From positions 16,589-80,588 of the IMG/VR virus record IMGVR_UViG_3300027387_000003: a stretch of 64,000 nt of DNA, one strand, 5' to 3'. The notes under the pieces were generated by a model, which saw only the letters and a list, made by a program, of their open reading frames with translations, searched no databases and was not told where the DNA came from. How positions within the stretch are numbered: the first letter of the stretch is position 1; each line of letters starts with the position of its first letter. The DNA comes from a virus. This document shows positions 38,584 to 48,279 of this stretch, in pieces. Position numbers and translations under genes: made by a program.

Positions 38584-39441
38584 ATGAAAGCAAACAAGCC
38601 CCAGCAAATTACTGGCTCCCTGAAAGCATTCGTCGACGTGGCTAAAAAGAACAGCAGAGTAATAGGTTCTGTAGAGCGTCATCTAATCTCTAAGCCCCGT
38701 GATATGAGCCGTAGAACAGACGTTCTACACCCCTCCGATATGGTCAGTGATGAGTGGTGCTACCGTGCTTCTTACTTCCATTTAAAGGGTCATGCACCAA
38801 TAAGCAACCGTGTTATGAGGTTACAGACACACTCCGTGTTTGCTGAAGGGCATGCTATCCATGCTAAGTGGCAGAAGTGGTTTCAGGAAATGGGAACCCT
38901 ATATGGCAAGTGGTATTGCATTGAGTGTGAAGAAGAATTCTGGGGCGGGTCTGATTGTCATGATGGTCCGTTGGAGTATCGTGAAGTTCCATTGTTTTAT
39001 GAGCCACTACGCATTTCAGGACACTCAGATGGTTGGCTAGTTAATCTAGGTAATCCACTTATGTTAGAGATTAAGTCTATTGGTGCTGGCACTATTCGCT
39101 GGGAAGCACCACAGTTAATGGCTCAGCATGGCGGAGACATGACTAAGGTATGGCCTGATATTAAAGCGCCATTTGAAAAGCACGTTAATCAAGTACAGAT
39201 TTATATGAAGTTGGCAGAGCTAATTGGGTATCCAGATGTACCACAGGAAGCTGTGCTTATTTATGAAAACAAAGCAGACCAATCAGCTAAAGAATTTGTA
39301 GTACCTAAGTCTGATTTTGCTATTGCGCCACTGTTCGAGGCTGCTGCTATGATTGTAGAAGCAGTTAAAAATGACACGCCACCAACATGTAATATTGATG
39401 CCTGGGGACAGTGTTCAAGATGCGGAGGATACAATGACTGA
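38584..39441 (+). CDS. Cas4-like / RecB-family exonuclease
   Basis: C.R...G..IH, GHSDG, EIKS, QVQIY, C-terminal Cys cluster. Confidence 0.8.
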   Translation: MKANKPQQITGSLKAFVDVAKKNSRVIGSVERHLISKPRDMSRRTDVLHPSDMVSDEWCYRASYFHLKGHAPISNRVMRLQTHSVFAEGHAIHAKWQKWFQEMGTLYGKWYCIECEEEFWGGSDCHDGPLEYREVPLFYEPLRISGHSDGWLVNLGNPLMLEIKSIGAGTIRWEAPQLMAQHGGDMTKVWPDIKAPFEKHVNQVQIYMKLAELIGYPDVPQEAVLIYENKADQSAKEFVVPKSDFAIAPLFEAAAMIVEAVKNDTPPTCNIDAWGQCSRCGGYND

Positions 39442-39928
39442 TTTAGTAGCAACAGGTATTAGCGAAGAAGTGCTAAAGGTATTGGAAAACCAAGGTCTTC
39501 CTATCAAGCGCTCTATGAAGCTGGAGCTTCCTGATTTTCCAGAAGACATCACAGCTATTGATGAACAGCAGCTAATGATTATGGCTAGCAAGTACATGGA
39601 GAACCTAAACTTCATTCGTACACAGGTAGCCTGCGCTACCCTCGCAGAGGCTGAAGCTGACAGTGCATATGACATGACTGTAGCCAAAGGTTTACTAGGT
39701 AAGACAACGGGCAAGAGCACAGAGAAGTCTGTGATGCTCAAGGCAGCCGTTGTAACAGAGCCTGAGGTAGTTGAACTAGCCAAGGCTAAGGACTTTGCCT
39801 ACGCCTATCGTAAGCTGTTAGAGACCCACCTAGAGAACTTAGAGCGCTACTACTCCCTCACTAGCCGTGAGTTGACACGTCGTACCTCAAACGCTCGCAG
39901 TGGTTCGTTTAACAGATATGTCCCTTAA
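39434..39928 (+). CDS. hypothetical helical protein (possible recombination mediator)
   Basis: Coiled-coil, SRELTRR end, between nuclease and resolvase. Confidence 0.55.
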   Translation: MTDLVATGISEEVLKVLENQGLPIKRSMKLELPDFPEDITAIDEQQLMIMASKYMENLNFIRTQVACATLAEAEADSAYDMTVAKGLLGKTTGKSTEKSVMLKAAVVTEPEVVELAKAKDFAYAYRKLLETHLENLERYYSLTSRELTRRTSNARSGSFNRYVP

Positions 39929-40463
39929 AAAAACTGAAGGAGGCCTCGACCTCACTGACAGTAGCCCAGTTTATTTAGGTATAGACCAATCCTTTACAGG
40001 GTTTGCTATGTGTGCGTATAAAGACGATAAGTACTACGCAGAGGTTTATAAATCCAATAATAAAGGTATGCCACGTATGTTAGATATACGTGCTTTTATA
40101 CGTGACTGGTTATCTAGGGTAGAGATTATCGATGTAGCCATGGAAGGCTACGCGATGGGGGCTAAAGGCAAGGTATTCCATCTAGGTGAGCTTGGTGGCC
40201 TAGTTAAGATGGAGTTGGCAGATATTGACAAGTACCCATTGATAATTCCACCAACTACGCTAAAGAAATATGTAACAGGTGCAGGCACGGGACAGAAGAA
40301 CCAGATGATTTTGCATACCTACAAAAAGTGGGGGCCAACATTTACTGACGATAACGCCTGTGATGCATATGGACTTGCAAGGCTATGCTCAGGGGATGGT
40401 ACGCTTGCATATGAAAAGGCTATTTACCAACAGGTACAAAGTCCAGACTATAGGGAGATTTAA
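39918..40463 (+). CDS. RuvC-like resolvase
   Basis: GIDQS..G, MEGY, KK..TG.G...K, DNACDA. Confidence 0.85.
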   Translation: MSLKKTEGGLDLTDSSPVYLGIDQSFTGFAMCAYKDDKYYAEVYKSNNKGMPRMLDIRAFIRDWLSRVEIIDVAMEGYAMGAKGKVFHLGELGGLVKMELADIDKYPLIIPPTTLKKYVTGAGTGQKNQMILHTYKKWGPTFTDDNACDAYGLARLCSGDGTLAYEKAIYQQVQSPDYREI

Positions 40464-40634
40464 ATGCCTATGTACGATTTTTCATGTATGAAGTGTGACC
40501 GCACTGTAGAGATGCACTTTGCATTTGACTCTGTGCAACGCCCTACATGTGAAGGGTGCGGAGAATTTATGGTAAAAAACTACACACCACCTGCTGTTCA
40601 ATTTAAAGGCGGAGGCTGGGGAGGTCAAGGATGA
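40464..40634 (+). CDS. FmdB-family Zn ribbon protein
   Basis: MPMYDFSCMKC...CEGC...VQFKGGGW read by hand. Confidence 0.85.
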   Translation: MPMYDFSCMKCDRTVEMHFAFDSVQRPTCEGCGEFMVKNYTPPAVQFKGGGWGGQG

Positions 40635-40861
40635 GTAAGACACAGGAAAAACGCGCTCGCCGTGCTGCAGAACGCGACGCTTTTATTAAAGAGCGTCGCC
40701 AAGTACAACTAGCAGTATTTGAATCTAACTTCAATGTAGGGCTTGAGTTCTTTGAGGCCAATAAAGATAAGATGAGCCCAGAAGAGATTGCACAGGTAGA
40801 AGAAGAGATTGAGAAGAATCGTAAGCTCATTGAAGAGTGGAAGGAGAAGTGGGATGCGTGA
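40631..40861 (+). CDS. hypothetical protein
   Basis: ATGA-coupled. Confidence 0.65.
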   Translation: MSKTQEKRARRAAERDAFIKERRQVQLAVFESNFNVGLEFFEANKDKMSPEEIAQVEEEIEKNRKLIEEWKEKWDA

Positions 40862-41021
40862 ATACCCAGGAATGAAAGATATGGGACTTGAGTTACCAAT
40901 CCTAGTAGCTGATGATGACTTTATTGAGCACCTTCACGAAGTAGGTTTTGAAGGAACTATTGATATTAATGACCTAATCTTTGAGTGGATTGATTGGGAA
41001 TCCGATAATGTCGAAGCATAA
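40854..41021 (+). CDS. small acidic hypothetical protein
   Basis: Overlapping ORF, GGAG upstream. Confidence 0.55.
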   Translation: MREYPGMKDMGLELPILVADDDFIEHLHEVGFEGTIDINDLIFEWIDWESDNVEA

Positions 41022-41232
41022 AGATAAAGAACTACGAGAAGACGGCTGGATGACCGTTGATGAATTTATGGCTCAATTAACCCCAGGACTTACAGAGTAC
41101 CTGCGGGAAAACTGGGGTCTTAGAGATAACGAGGCTTTGCACCACCCTACAGACCTGTTTACCAATGCTTCTGTATATATGGATATTGCATACCGTATAT
41201 CTAACGACTTTATTAATTGCAAACATGGCTAG
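41008..41232 (+). CDS. hypothetical protein
   Basis: Overlapping ORF chain. Confidence 0.6.
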   Translation: MSKHKDKELREDGWMTVDEFMAQLTPGLTEYLRENWGLRDNEALHHPTDLFTNASVYMDIAYRISNDFINCKHG

Positions 41233-41446
41233 GAATATTAGAGAGCTAAAGCCCGATTTTACAGGGACTATGGCCTATGAGCACGTGGTTTGCCATGAGT
41301 GCCCTAACTGTGACTCCAGCCTATGGAACATCAAGGCTAGCTTCCAGGACTACGAAATATCCCAATACCTGTTGGATATGGAATGCTCAATTTGTGGCAG
41401 TTATGCCAAGGCACCCACACCTTTAGACAGACCTAATTTAATATAG
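41225..41446 (+). CDS. Zn-ribbon protein
   Basis: CPNC...CSICG..APTPLD. Confidence 0.7.
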   Translation: MARNIRELKPDFTGTMAYEHVVCHECPNCDSSLWNIKASFQDYEISQYLLDMECSICGSYAKAPTPLDRPNLI

Positions 41447-41496
41447 CCTTCATAATTGTACCTACGGGGCTCCACTATACGTAAACCGAGGTACAC

Positions 41497-41781
41497 ATGA
41501 CCGAGCAACAACCACAAGAAGAACACATCCTGCGTGTAAGCGCGGGCAGTAATCCCCAGGCCGTGGCATCTGCCATCGCCCATAGCATCTACGAAACTCG
41601 CACTTGTAAAATCCGTGCAGTTGGAGCAGGTGCTATCAATCAAGCAGTAAAGGCTATCGCTATCGCACGTGGCTACACAGCCCCACGCGGTTTAGACCTA
41701 ACTTGCATCCCAGGTTTTACCAGTATTGAAAGCCATGACGGGCAGATTTCTGCCATTATTTTTGATGTCAAGGCGACTTAA
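41497..41781 (+). CDS. spoVS: SpoVS-family protein
   Basis: LRVSAGSNP.AVA.AIA, IRAVGAGAINQAVKAIAIARG, CIPGF. Confidence 0.9.
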   Translation: MTEQQPQEEHILRVSAGSNPQAVASAIAHSIYETRTCKIRAVGAGAINQAVKAIAIARGYTAPRGLDLTCIPGFTSIESHDGQISAIIFDVKAT

Positions 41782-41842
41782 GACTGTATTTCCCCATTTA
41801 ATAGCCTACTCTGTTAGGTAATCCTAGGCCAAAGGAAAACAA

Positions 41843-42175
41843 ATGACAAAAGATTCAACAAAGAACTCAGCACCGATTGCTCCGACATCTGCGGAACCAT
41901 CAAACGCTGCAGGTTCAAAGCCACAAGTTGCTAAGCCTGTAAAGGGAACACTTGTGAAGAAGACTGGTAATGCTAAGGGTGGAACAGACCCATACACACA
42001 GGCAAAGCCGTCACGTACTAAGATTACTGCTACAGGTGGAGCACGATACGGTATCCGTGTTAAGTTCCAAAAGTCCACAGCTCCAGAAGCTAGCTCTACA
42101 CAGAGCAATGGACGTATCCTTTCTTCAGCGGTAAAACGCTCAGCGCCTAACTTCAAAGATGGAATGGCTGGGTAG
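41843..42175 (+). CDS. basic low-complexity hypothetical protein
   Basis: AAGGA RBS, terminator after. Confidence 0.65.
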   Translation: MTKDSTKNSAPIAPTSAEPSNAAGSKPQVAKPVKGTLVKKTGNAKGGTDPYTQAKPSRTKITATGGARYGIRVKFQKSTAPEASSTQSNGRILSSAVKRSAPNFKDGMAG

Positions 42176-42191
42176 TTACAACTAAATAGCG

Positions 42192-42219
42192 CAAAGGCCC
42201 CTGTAACTAGGGGCCTTTG
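42192..42219 (+). terminator. hairpin terminator
   Basis: CAAAGGCCCCT-GTAACT-AGGGGCCTTTG. Confidence 0.65.
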
Positions 42220-42296
42220 GCATTTCATTTGCAAGTAAATGTACCTTTTCTTGCATATAAAAGAATTAAGGGAATATATTCTAAATTAGATTGTTG

Positions 42297-42360
42297 TATA
42301 CTATTGCTGACCGCTCACTAGGAGGGTCACAAAAAGTTATATCGTCTAAGGAGATATATT
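42297..42360 (+). promoter_or_regulatory. hsp20 promoter and two-hairpin 5' UTR (ROSE-like thermometer candidate)
   Basis: TATACT -10; TGACC..GGTCA hairpin; TATATC-G-TC-TAAG-GA-GATATA hairpin covering the SD. Confidence 0.45.
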
Positions 42361-42864
42361 ATGGCTTCAGGCTACCCAATGGGTGGATATCCAAAGCATG
42401 AATGGAATCTACCAAAGCAAGTACCACACACTACCGCGCTAACAATTACAGACCCATTTAAGGCGCTACACAATATGCTAGACCCGTGGACATTCGGGTT
42501 TGAGCGTCACCTAGAGTTCATGCAGAACCTAGATGACGTCCGTATTAAGTCCAACTATCCCCCATACAACATCAAGACTCTACCCGATGATAAAGCTGAG
42601 ATTGAGCTTGCTATTGCTGGGTTTAAGAAGGATGATGTCACTATTACCTACAAGGAAAACATCATCACAGTCGAAGGCAACCGTGGCGAGGATACTGCAG
42701 AATACTCATATAAGGGTATTGCAGCACGTAATTTCGTACAGAAGTTTGCTGTTGCGGACGACGTAATTGTGGGAGAGGCAAAGCTTGCCGATGGGTTTTT
42801 GACCATTGAGCTGCAGCGCATCCTTCCAGAAGGCAAGAAAGAAAAGACAATCAAGATTAAATAA
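42361..42864 (+). CDS. small heat shock protein Hsp20 (IbpA-like)
   Basis: YPPYNI, ELAIAGF, YKGIAARNF, A.L.DG.L.I.L. Confidence 0.95.
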   Translation: MASGYPMGGYPKHEWNLPKQVPHTTALTITDPFKALHNMLDPWTFGFERHLEFMQNLDDVRIKSNYPPYNIKTLPDDKAEIELAIAGFKKDDVTITYKENIITVEGNRGEDTAEYSYKGIAARNFVQKFAVADDVIVGEAKLADGFLTIELQRILPEGKKEKTIKIK

Positions 42865-42880
42865 GGCTGTCAACCAAGGA

Positions 42881-42908
42881 CCCCCACCTAAATTAGGTGG
42901 GGGTTTTT
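42881..42908 (+). terminator. rho-independent terminator
   Basis: CCCCCACCTA-AAT-TAGGTGGGGG TTTTT. Confidence 0.8.
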
Positions 42909-42976
42909 CATTGTGCATACCCAAATACTGTGTTAGGCTGGTATTGTTTGAATCACGATGACGACAAGGAGAGCTC

Positions 42977-43207
42977 GTGCTAGACGTATTAAATAAGCAC
43001 TTAACAACAAAACCCGTTATATGCGTTGTAAGTCAGTGGATAAGCGAGTTACCTCAAGAAGAACAAGATGCATTTATTGAACTGCGTAATAACAATAAAG
43101 TAGTAGTTGCATCATTATATAAAGATTTAAACAAAGAAACTGAATTGCCATTTAAATTAACTGCCTTCCGCTCACACTTAAGAGGTTATTGCACATGTCG
43201 AAATTAA
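42977..43207 (+). CDS. small protein with C-terminal H..G.C.C motif
   Basis: AAGGAG RBS, coupled to phosphoesterase. Confidence 0.65.
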   Translation: MLDVLNKHLTTKPVICVVSQWISELPQEEQDAFIELRNNNKVVVASLYKDLNKETELPFKLTAFRSHLRGYCTCRN

Positions 43208-44397
43208 ATGCTATTACTAAAGCACTAATTAATGCCGAACTAAACGGCGCAGAAGAAGAAGTAAAGAGAGCCAATACGCCACCAGAATTTAGGGCGCGTA
43301 TGGACATTGGTACAGATGGTGGATTTTTTGTATCCACACCACGTACAGCAGGAGAGCTCCCAGATGCGGTTGAGCTGTTTAAAGATTTTGATTTAGACCC
43401 ATCAGTATGGACTGTAGTAAGTATTCGTAAGAGTCGTTGGCAACGTTATGACGGAGAGTGGCTAGAGGCTGCACGAGTTAACGTAAAGCCAGCAGACCAG
43501 TTTGTTAACGGTAAAGATTTAGATTACGACGCATTAGTTGCAGAAATTAGCAAGTGGAAGCCAGGAAAAACAGACGCAACAACTGGCCCCTTGTATGCCA
43601 TATATGCAATTGGTGATACGCAGTACGGTAAGGACGCAGGCGGTGGAACAGAGGCAACTGTTGCACGAGTCATGCTTGGTATTGAAGAGTCTGTAGCACG
43701 TCATAAAGAGCTGTTAAAGCTCGGTCGTAAGATTGGCACAGTTGTACTACCACAACTTGGCGACTGCATTGAAGGCACTACTTCACAACACGGCAAGGTG
43801 ATTGGTCGTAGTGACCTTGGAGTCACACAACAGGTGCGCCTTGGACGTCGCATACTTATGGCTTGGGTAAAGGCGTTTGCACCATTGTGTGAAGAGCTAA
43901 TCGTTCCAGTTGTTCCTGGAAACCACGATGAGCCACATCGCATCATGATGATTGACCCAACTGACTCATGGCAGATTGAGGTTGTAGCTGCTGTGCAAGA
44001 TGCGTGTGCAGAGAACCCAGCGTTGTCACATGTTAAATTTATGTACCCTAAGTCAGACCACGCTACATTAGCGATAGATTTAGGTGGAACTATTATTGGT
44101 TTGGCACACGGTCACCAAGCTAAAGACATGGGTAAGTGGATTGCAGGACAGGCAACTGGTCGTACACCAGTAGGTTCAGCTGATGTTTTGTTAACTGGTC
44201 ACTTCCACCACTTCCGCGCTGACCAAGTTGGCCCACGTTTATGGATTCAAGTGCCTGCCATGGATGGCGGAAGTGCTTGGTTCCGTGATAAGAGCGGGCT
44301 AGAATCACCAACAGGTATTGTTTCTTTAGTAGTAGGCGAAGGTTATGACCCACGCCGTGATTTAGCAGTACTTGCGGGAGAAAACCGCTTACCATAG
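43195..44397 (+). CDS. metallophosphoesterase (Mre11/calcineurin-like)
   Basis: DTQYG, GDCIE, GNHD, HGH, GHFH. Confidence 0.88.
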   Translation: MSKLNAITKALINAELNGAEEEVKRANTPPEFRARMDIGTDGGFFVSTPRTAGELPDAVELFKDFDLDPSVWTVVSIRKSRWQRYDGEWLEAARVNVKPADQFVNGKDLDYDALVAEISKWKPGKTDATTGPLYAIYAIGDTQYGKDAGGGTEATVARVMLGIEESVARHKELLKLGRKIGTVVLPQLGDCIEGTTSQHGKVIGRSDLGVTQQVRLGRRILMAWVKAFAPLCEELIVPVVPGNHDEPHRIMMIDPTDSWQIEVVAAVQDACAENPALSHVKFMYPKSDHATLAIDLGGTIIGLAHGHQAKDMGKWIAGQATGRTPVGSADVLLTGHFHHFRADQVGPRLWIQVPAMDGGSAWFRDKSGLESPTGIVSLVVGEGYDPRRDLAVLAGENRLP

Positions 44398-44401
44398 TGG
44401 T

Positions 44402-44941
44402 ATGGCAAATCCTAATCAAAACACCCAGAACCTAGGTGCCAATGGCATGTCAGGAACCTACACCAATTACGGTGGAGGTGGAACTCCTGTTGCACGTGGT
44501 GAACTTGACCATTTGCGTATGGGTGTTGGTCGTCAACCTTCTGCAGAATATCCAGATGGTTATTTAGGAACTATCCGCACACGTCGTGATGACCGCGGTC
44601 GTCCTAACGGTCAATCAGAAAATGTATTAGATAGCCTCAAGGTACGTATTGGTCAACGCTCATATCAGCGTGGCGTTCACAAAGGTGAACGTATTGATAT
44701 GCAAAGTTATTATTACCCAGAAGGTTTAGAACCATACGCAGGTATTAGTCGTCAGATGAAAGCTGCACTAGATGGCAATGTGTATCGTTCAACACGCCAT
44801 GCACCAGTTGCTAAGTTAGTTCCTGCTCCTCACCTTCCTAATGACGGTAAAGCAGGCCCAACAGTTAAGAGCGATTCGCCTATGCAAATCAATCAGGCTC
44901 GTCAAGACCAGATGGCTCGTATGAAACCAGCGTGGAAGTAA
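44402..44941 (+). CDS. hypothetical protein
   Basis: Leaderless TACCAT-N6-ATG; PSAEYPDGYLG, YQRGVHKG. Confidence 0.7.
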   Translation: MANPNQNTQNLGANGMSGTYTNYGGGGTPVARGELDHLRMGVGRQPSAEYPDGYLGTIRTRRDDRGRPNGQSENVLDSLKVRIGQRSYQRGVHKGERIDMQSYYYPEGLEPYAGISRQMKAALDGNVYRSTRHAPVAKLVPAPHLPNDGKAGPTVKSDSPMQINQARQDQMARMKPAWK

Positions 44942-44942
44942 C

Positions 44943-45323
44943 ATGCCAGGTAAATATGCAGACGGTCGCTATGGTCATAAGCCCTGGGATAAAGACCGCC
45001 CTGGAATTAACACTCCAGAGGAAGCGGCATTTCCTCCACAGGAATACCTAGGACCATTCCAATCTAATCAAGACCGCCTACTTAATCAGTCTTTGGCAAC
45101 ATGGACTATGAGCGGTGCAGAACTACAAGCTTTGGTACGCCCTAATCTACCTCAGATTAACCTATTTCCAGATAGATATGGTTATACAGACCAAGAATTA
45201 ACTATTGAAGATGTCATTGGATTACCTGGTGCACGTAGTGCTCAGCGTGTAGAATCAGACTTCTCACAAGCTCCTGCTGGTAATCAGAGCACTAGCCGCA
45301 ACACGTTAGGAAACACAATCTAA
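44943..45323 (+). CDS. hypothetical protein
   Basis: Operon-coupled ORF. Confidence 0.65.
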   Translation: MPGKYADGRYGHKPWDKDRPGINTPEEAAFPPQEYLGPFQSNQDRLLNQSLATWTMSGAELQALVRPNLPQINLFPDRYGYTDQELTIEDVIGLPGARSAQRVESDFSQAPAGNQSTSRNTLGNTI

Positions 45324-45568
45324 TGAACCATAATGGAAATCAGTTTGCTGGTATTGCAGATATAAAGTCAGCATATGCTGATGGAAAAATTACTATGGAA
45401 GAAGCACATGACCTTAATCCAGCTATGGCTAAAGAAAAGAATTCACAAGGGTATGAAACCCATAAATTAAGACCTGAAGGCACTATGTCTGGCGGCATGC
45501 AGAGAAGCGAAGAAACCGCTCGTAAAGCGCATAAAAAAGCAGGACTTAAATCAGAAGGTAATTGGTAA
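45323..45568 (+). CDS. hypothetical protein
   Basis: TAATG-coupled. Confidence 0.65.
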   Translation: MNHNGNQFAGIADIKSAYADGKITMEEAHDLNPAMAKEKNSQGYETHKLRPEGTMSGGMQRSEETARKAHKKAGLKSEGNW

Positions 45569-45804
45569 TGAGTAAAGACCCAGGGCTATTTACAGACAGC
45601 ACAGGCGAAGGCATGGCTGGGGCTACAGACGTGGCTTTAAGTACTCAACAACAGCTTAAAAACACCATTTATAACGGTTCTAAGACTTGTAAAGGCTGTG
45701 GTTCTACTATGAACCCAGTACAATCGCTAAAGGACCAAAGCAATTGCCCCACATGCAATCGCCGTCGGGCCCAAAAACTATTGAAAGGACGGATGTCCCA
45801 ATGA
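45568..45804 (+). CDS. Zn-ribbon protein
   Basis: CKGC...CPTC. Confidence 0.65.
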   Translation: MSKDPGLFTDSTGEGMAGATDVALSTQQQLKNTIYNGSKTCKGCGSTMNPVQSLKDQSNCPTCNRRRAQKLLKGRMSQ

Positions 45805-46010
45805 CAGTTAACATCTCACGTTCACAGAACGCTGAACTCAATGAAGGTGCAACAGACGGCAAGTACCGTAAGCGTCGTCCAAACACAACTGTAGCCCCAG
45901 CAATGGGTGATGAACTTACACAAAAGAACCGCGCTGGCCTACACCCATACATGAACTATGGCTTCATTAACTCAGAAGAGCCAAGCAAAGTAAACCCAGC
46001 AGGTAACTAA
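45801..46010 (+). CDS. hypothetical protein
   Basis: ATGA-coupled. Confidence 0.6.
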   Translation: MTVNISRSQNAELNEGATDGKYRKRRPNTTVAPAMGDELTQKNRAGLHPYMNYGFINSEEPSKVNPAGN

Positions 46011-46417
46011 TGGCTGCGAAACGCAGAGAGGGTGACGCTAACCGCGTATACCAAACACCTAAAAGTAATGTGAATGTGCTCAGAAACCTTTCACACAACG
46101 GTACTATGACTTCCCCAAGTTTTAAAGGAAGTCAGTTTTCTTTGACACCTTCTTTAGGTAGCGGTCAAGCTAGCTTAAACAAATGGTTAAATGATGGTAA
46201 GCCTGAAGTTACTGCCAATATGGGACGTTCAGTAAAGAAGGCAACTGGAGATACTACATCTGAGGCTCGTCAGAAGGCGTACAACGCTGCTTCAACAGAG
46301 CATACAGATGACCTTAAAAGTGGAAAGTATGCACAACAGGAGATGAATTCCACATTTGTAGGGATGAATAAACAGCCTGCAATTAAGATTAATACAGACC
46401 CAGCAAAAGGCAAGTAA
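46010..46417 (+). CDS. hypothetical protein
   Basis: TAATG-coupled. Confidence 0.65.
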   Translation: MAAKRREGDANRVYQTPKSNVNVLRNLSHNGTMTSPSFKGSQFSLTPSLGSGQASLNKWLNDGKPEVTANMGRSVKKATGDTTSEARQKAYNAASTEHTDDLKSGKYAQQEMNSTFVGMNKQPAIKINTDPAKGK

Positions 46418-47100
46418 TGGGATTAAAAGATATTGGCAAGATTACCGCTAATGCGGAAAAGCGCGAGAACTTGCGTGAGTCTGTATTATCCTTGCCACAG
46501 CCACAGACTGTAGGCGGTCGTCAATTTAGCGACGAAACAAAGAAATTGTCAAGAACTATTAAACCTCGCACAAGCACACCTGATGATGTCTCAGGGCATA
46601 AAGGTCTTAAGCTTGATATGAAAAACCCTTTTCATAAAGATTTACTTAACCATCTTTATGATAACGGTGATATTGGCGATTTAACTTTTCATCAAGGCGG
46701 AGCAGTATCCCTGCCTAGAGCCGTTGCTTACAATGAAAAAAACTCTAAAAAGTTTGAAGTAGCAGCAGAAACTGGTGGTGGAGAAAAGTCCTACAGCGGA
46801 TTGACTCCAAAGCCGTCAACTGCGGTGGCTCCTGCGCCACGTAAATCAGAAAAAGATTCAACAAAGCCTGGGGTACGCCCAGCAGCCCCACGCCCTACCA
46901 AACCTGTAAGCCCTATCAAAGCGGTTGCAAATAACATTGGGTCAGACCCTAAGTCAGAGATTGCATCCCTATTTGTTGGTGGTAACGCCCGCATTACTCC
47001 AGAATCCATTGAGATGGAGAAGAAAAAGAAGGCGGACGCAGAGGCAGCGGATAAAGCCGAAAGAGCCAGATTACGTAAAGAACGGCTAGCAGAAGACTAA
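46417..47100 (+). CDS. hypothetical Pro/Lys-rich protein
   Basis: TAATG-coupled. Confidence 0.65.
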   Translation: MGLKDIGKITANAEKRENLRESVLSLPQPQTVGGRQFSDETKKLSRTIKPRTSTPDDVSGHKGLKLDMKNPFHKDLLNHLYDNGDIGDLTFHQGGAVSLPRAVAYNEKNSKKFEVAAETGGGEKSYSGLTPKPSTAVAPAPRKSEKDSTKPGVRPAAPRPTKPVSPIKAVANNIGSDPKSEIASLFVGGNARITPESIEMEKKKKADAEAADKAERARLRKERLAED

Positions 47101-47122
47101 TCTAGTGTGGTAGGCTACCGTC

Positions 47123-47680
47123 ATGGGTAACATCATTGACGAACTAGAGCCAGATAGAATGAACCTGCTTGTATGTAAGCAGTGTAAGACTATCCAAGAA
47201 ATTCCATACACCAAGACTGGTAAGGCATTGGGTGAGGGTCGATATGACCAATCCGATAATCCTTTTATTGAGCAGTTTATTGGAACCTGTCAACAAGCAG
47301 GTCACTTTGGTGTTTTAACAGACTGCCTTACTGTTGCATGGATGGGTAACGCTCCACTTAAAGAACAGATTTTAAATCAGATTAAAGAGCAGATTTTAGG
47401 TGGCGGGTCTAAAGGACTAGACATCTTGGGAACTAACTTTTACAACGTCAAAGACACCTACTCAGCGGATGCTATGAGTTGCTACTCAATCCACAACCGC
47501 CCTACAGGTCAGTGCCCAGACTACAAATCAGACCGCAAGGAACTGAAACCAGATACTAATAAAGAACGTAAAGAAGCAGGTCTAGCAGCCACTAATACAA
47601 AGATTCACCTATGTGACTTCTGCCCTGTTAAGATGTACAACCAAAAGCGAGCATACCAATCGAGAGGGCTATACAACTAA
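47123..47680 (+). CDS. Cys-rich Zn-binding hypothetical protein
   Basis: CKQC, C...HNRP...C, LCDFCP; leaderless start. Confidence 0.7.
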   Translation: MGNIIDELEPDRMNLLVCKQCKTIQEIPYTKTGKALGEGRYDQSDNPFIEQFIGTCQQAGHFGVLTDCLTVAWMGNAPLKEQILNQIKEQILGGGSKGLDILGTNFYNVKDTYSADAMSCYSIHNRPTGQCPDYKSDRKELKPDTNKERKEAGLAATNTKIHLCDFCPVKMYNQKRAYQSRGLYN

Positions 47681-47985
47681 TGTCAAACCACGAAGAGATT
47701 ATCGACGCAGAAGATATCAACATCGAACTTACTCCAGAGCAGGTATTGGGTAACCCAGAAGAGGGTACAACAGCCTTTCTAGTCATCAAGCGCCCTAACA
47801 ACGCTGGGTGGTATGCCACCGCTAACCTTAACCTTCGACCTAATATTGAGCGCCCAGCCGAGATGGAAGACATCAAGCATGGGTGTAGAGACATTACCGA
47901 TAGCATGAATAACACCGATATTGCCCACCAAGTGCTTCTTATGGTCAAAGACGTGCTTGCTTCCCAGGATAACCAGCCTAAGTAA
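47680..47985 (+). CDS. hypothetical protein
   Basis: TAATG-coupled. Confidence 0.65.
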   Translation: MSNHEEIIDAEDINIELTPEQVLGNPEEGTTAFLVIKRPNNAGWYATANLNLRPNIERPAEMEDIKHGCRDITDSMNNTDIAHQVLLMVKDVLASQDNQPK

Positions 47986-48047
47986 CCCTTACAGTTGGCT
48001 GTAACTCAGGCTATACTGTAACTACATACTAGGGATAGGCGGCAATC

Positions 48048-48272
48048 ATGGCGTTCATCGAGATGACATGTAATTGTGTAGCAAGTTTTCAAGCGGACGT
48101 TTCTGATGCCGCTAACGAGTCGCTCATTATCATGTGGGCCCAACAATTCGTTAGTGCGCATCAACAATGTGGGTATATGAACCCTGTTCGCATGGATGCA
48201 CCAGAGAAGCATCGTAAATTTGAGTTTGAAACCGACGTTATGTACAAGGAAAAGAAGGAAAAAGAACTATAA
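48048..48272 (+). CDS. small Zn-binding protein
   Basis: CNC...H..C. Confidence 0.6.
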   Translation: MAFIEMTCNCVASFQADVSDAANESLIIMWAQQFVSAHQQCGYMNPVRMDAPEKHRKFEFETDVMYKEKKEKEL

Positions 48273-48279
48273 TACGTAG

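Noticed and set aside
42220-42300. HAIR or CIRCE operator upstream of hsp20
   Set aside because: Neither CTTGAGT-N7-ACTCAAG nor TTAGCACTC-N9-GAGTGCTAA is present.
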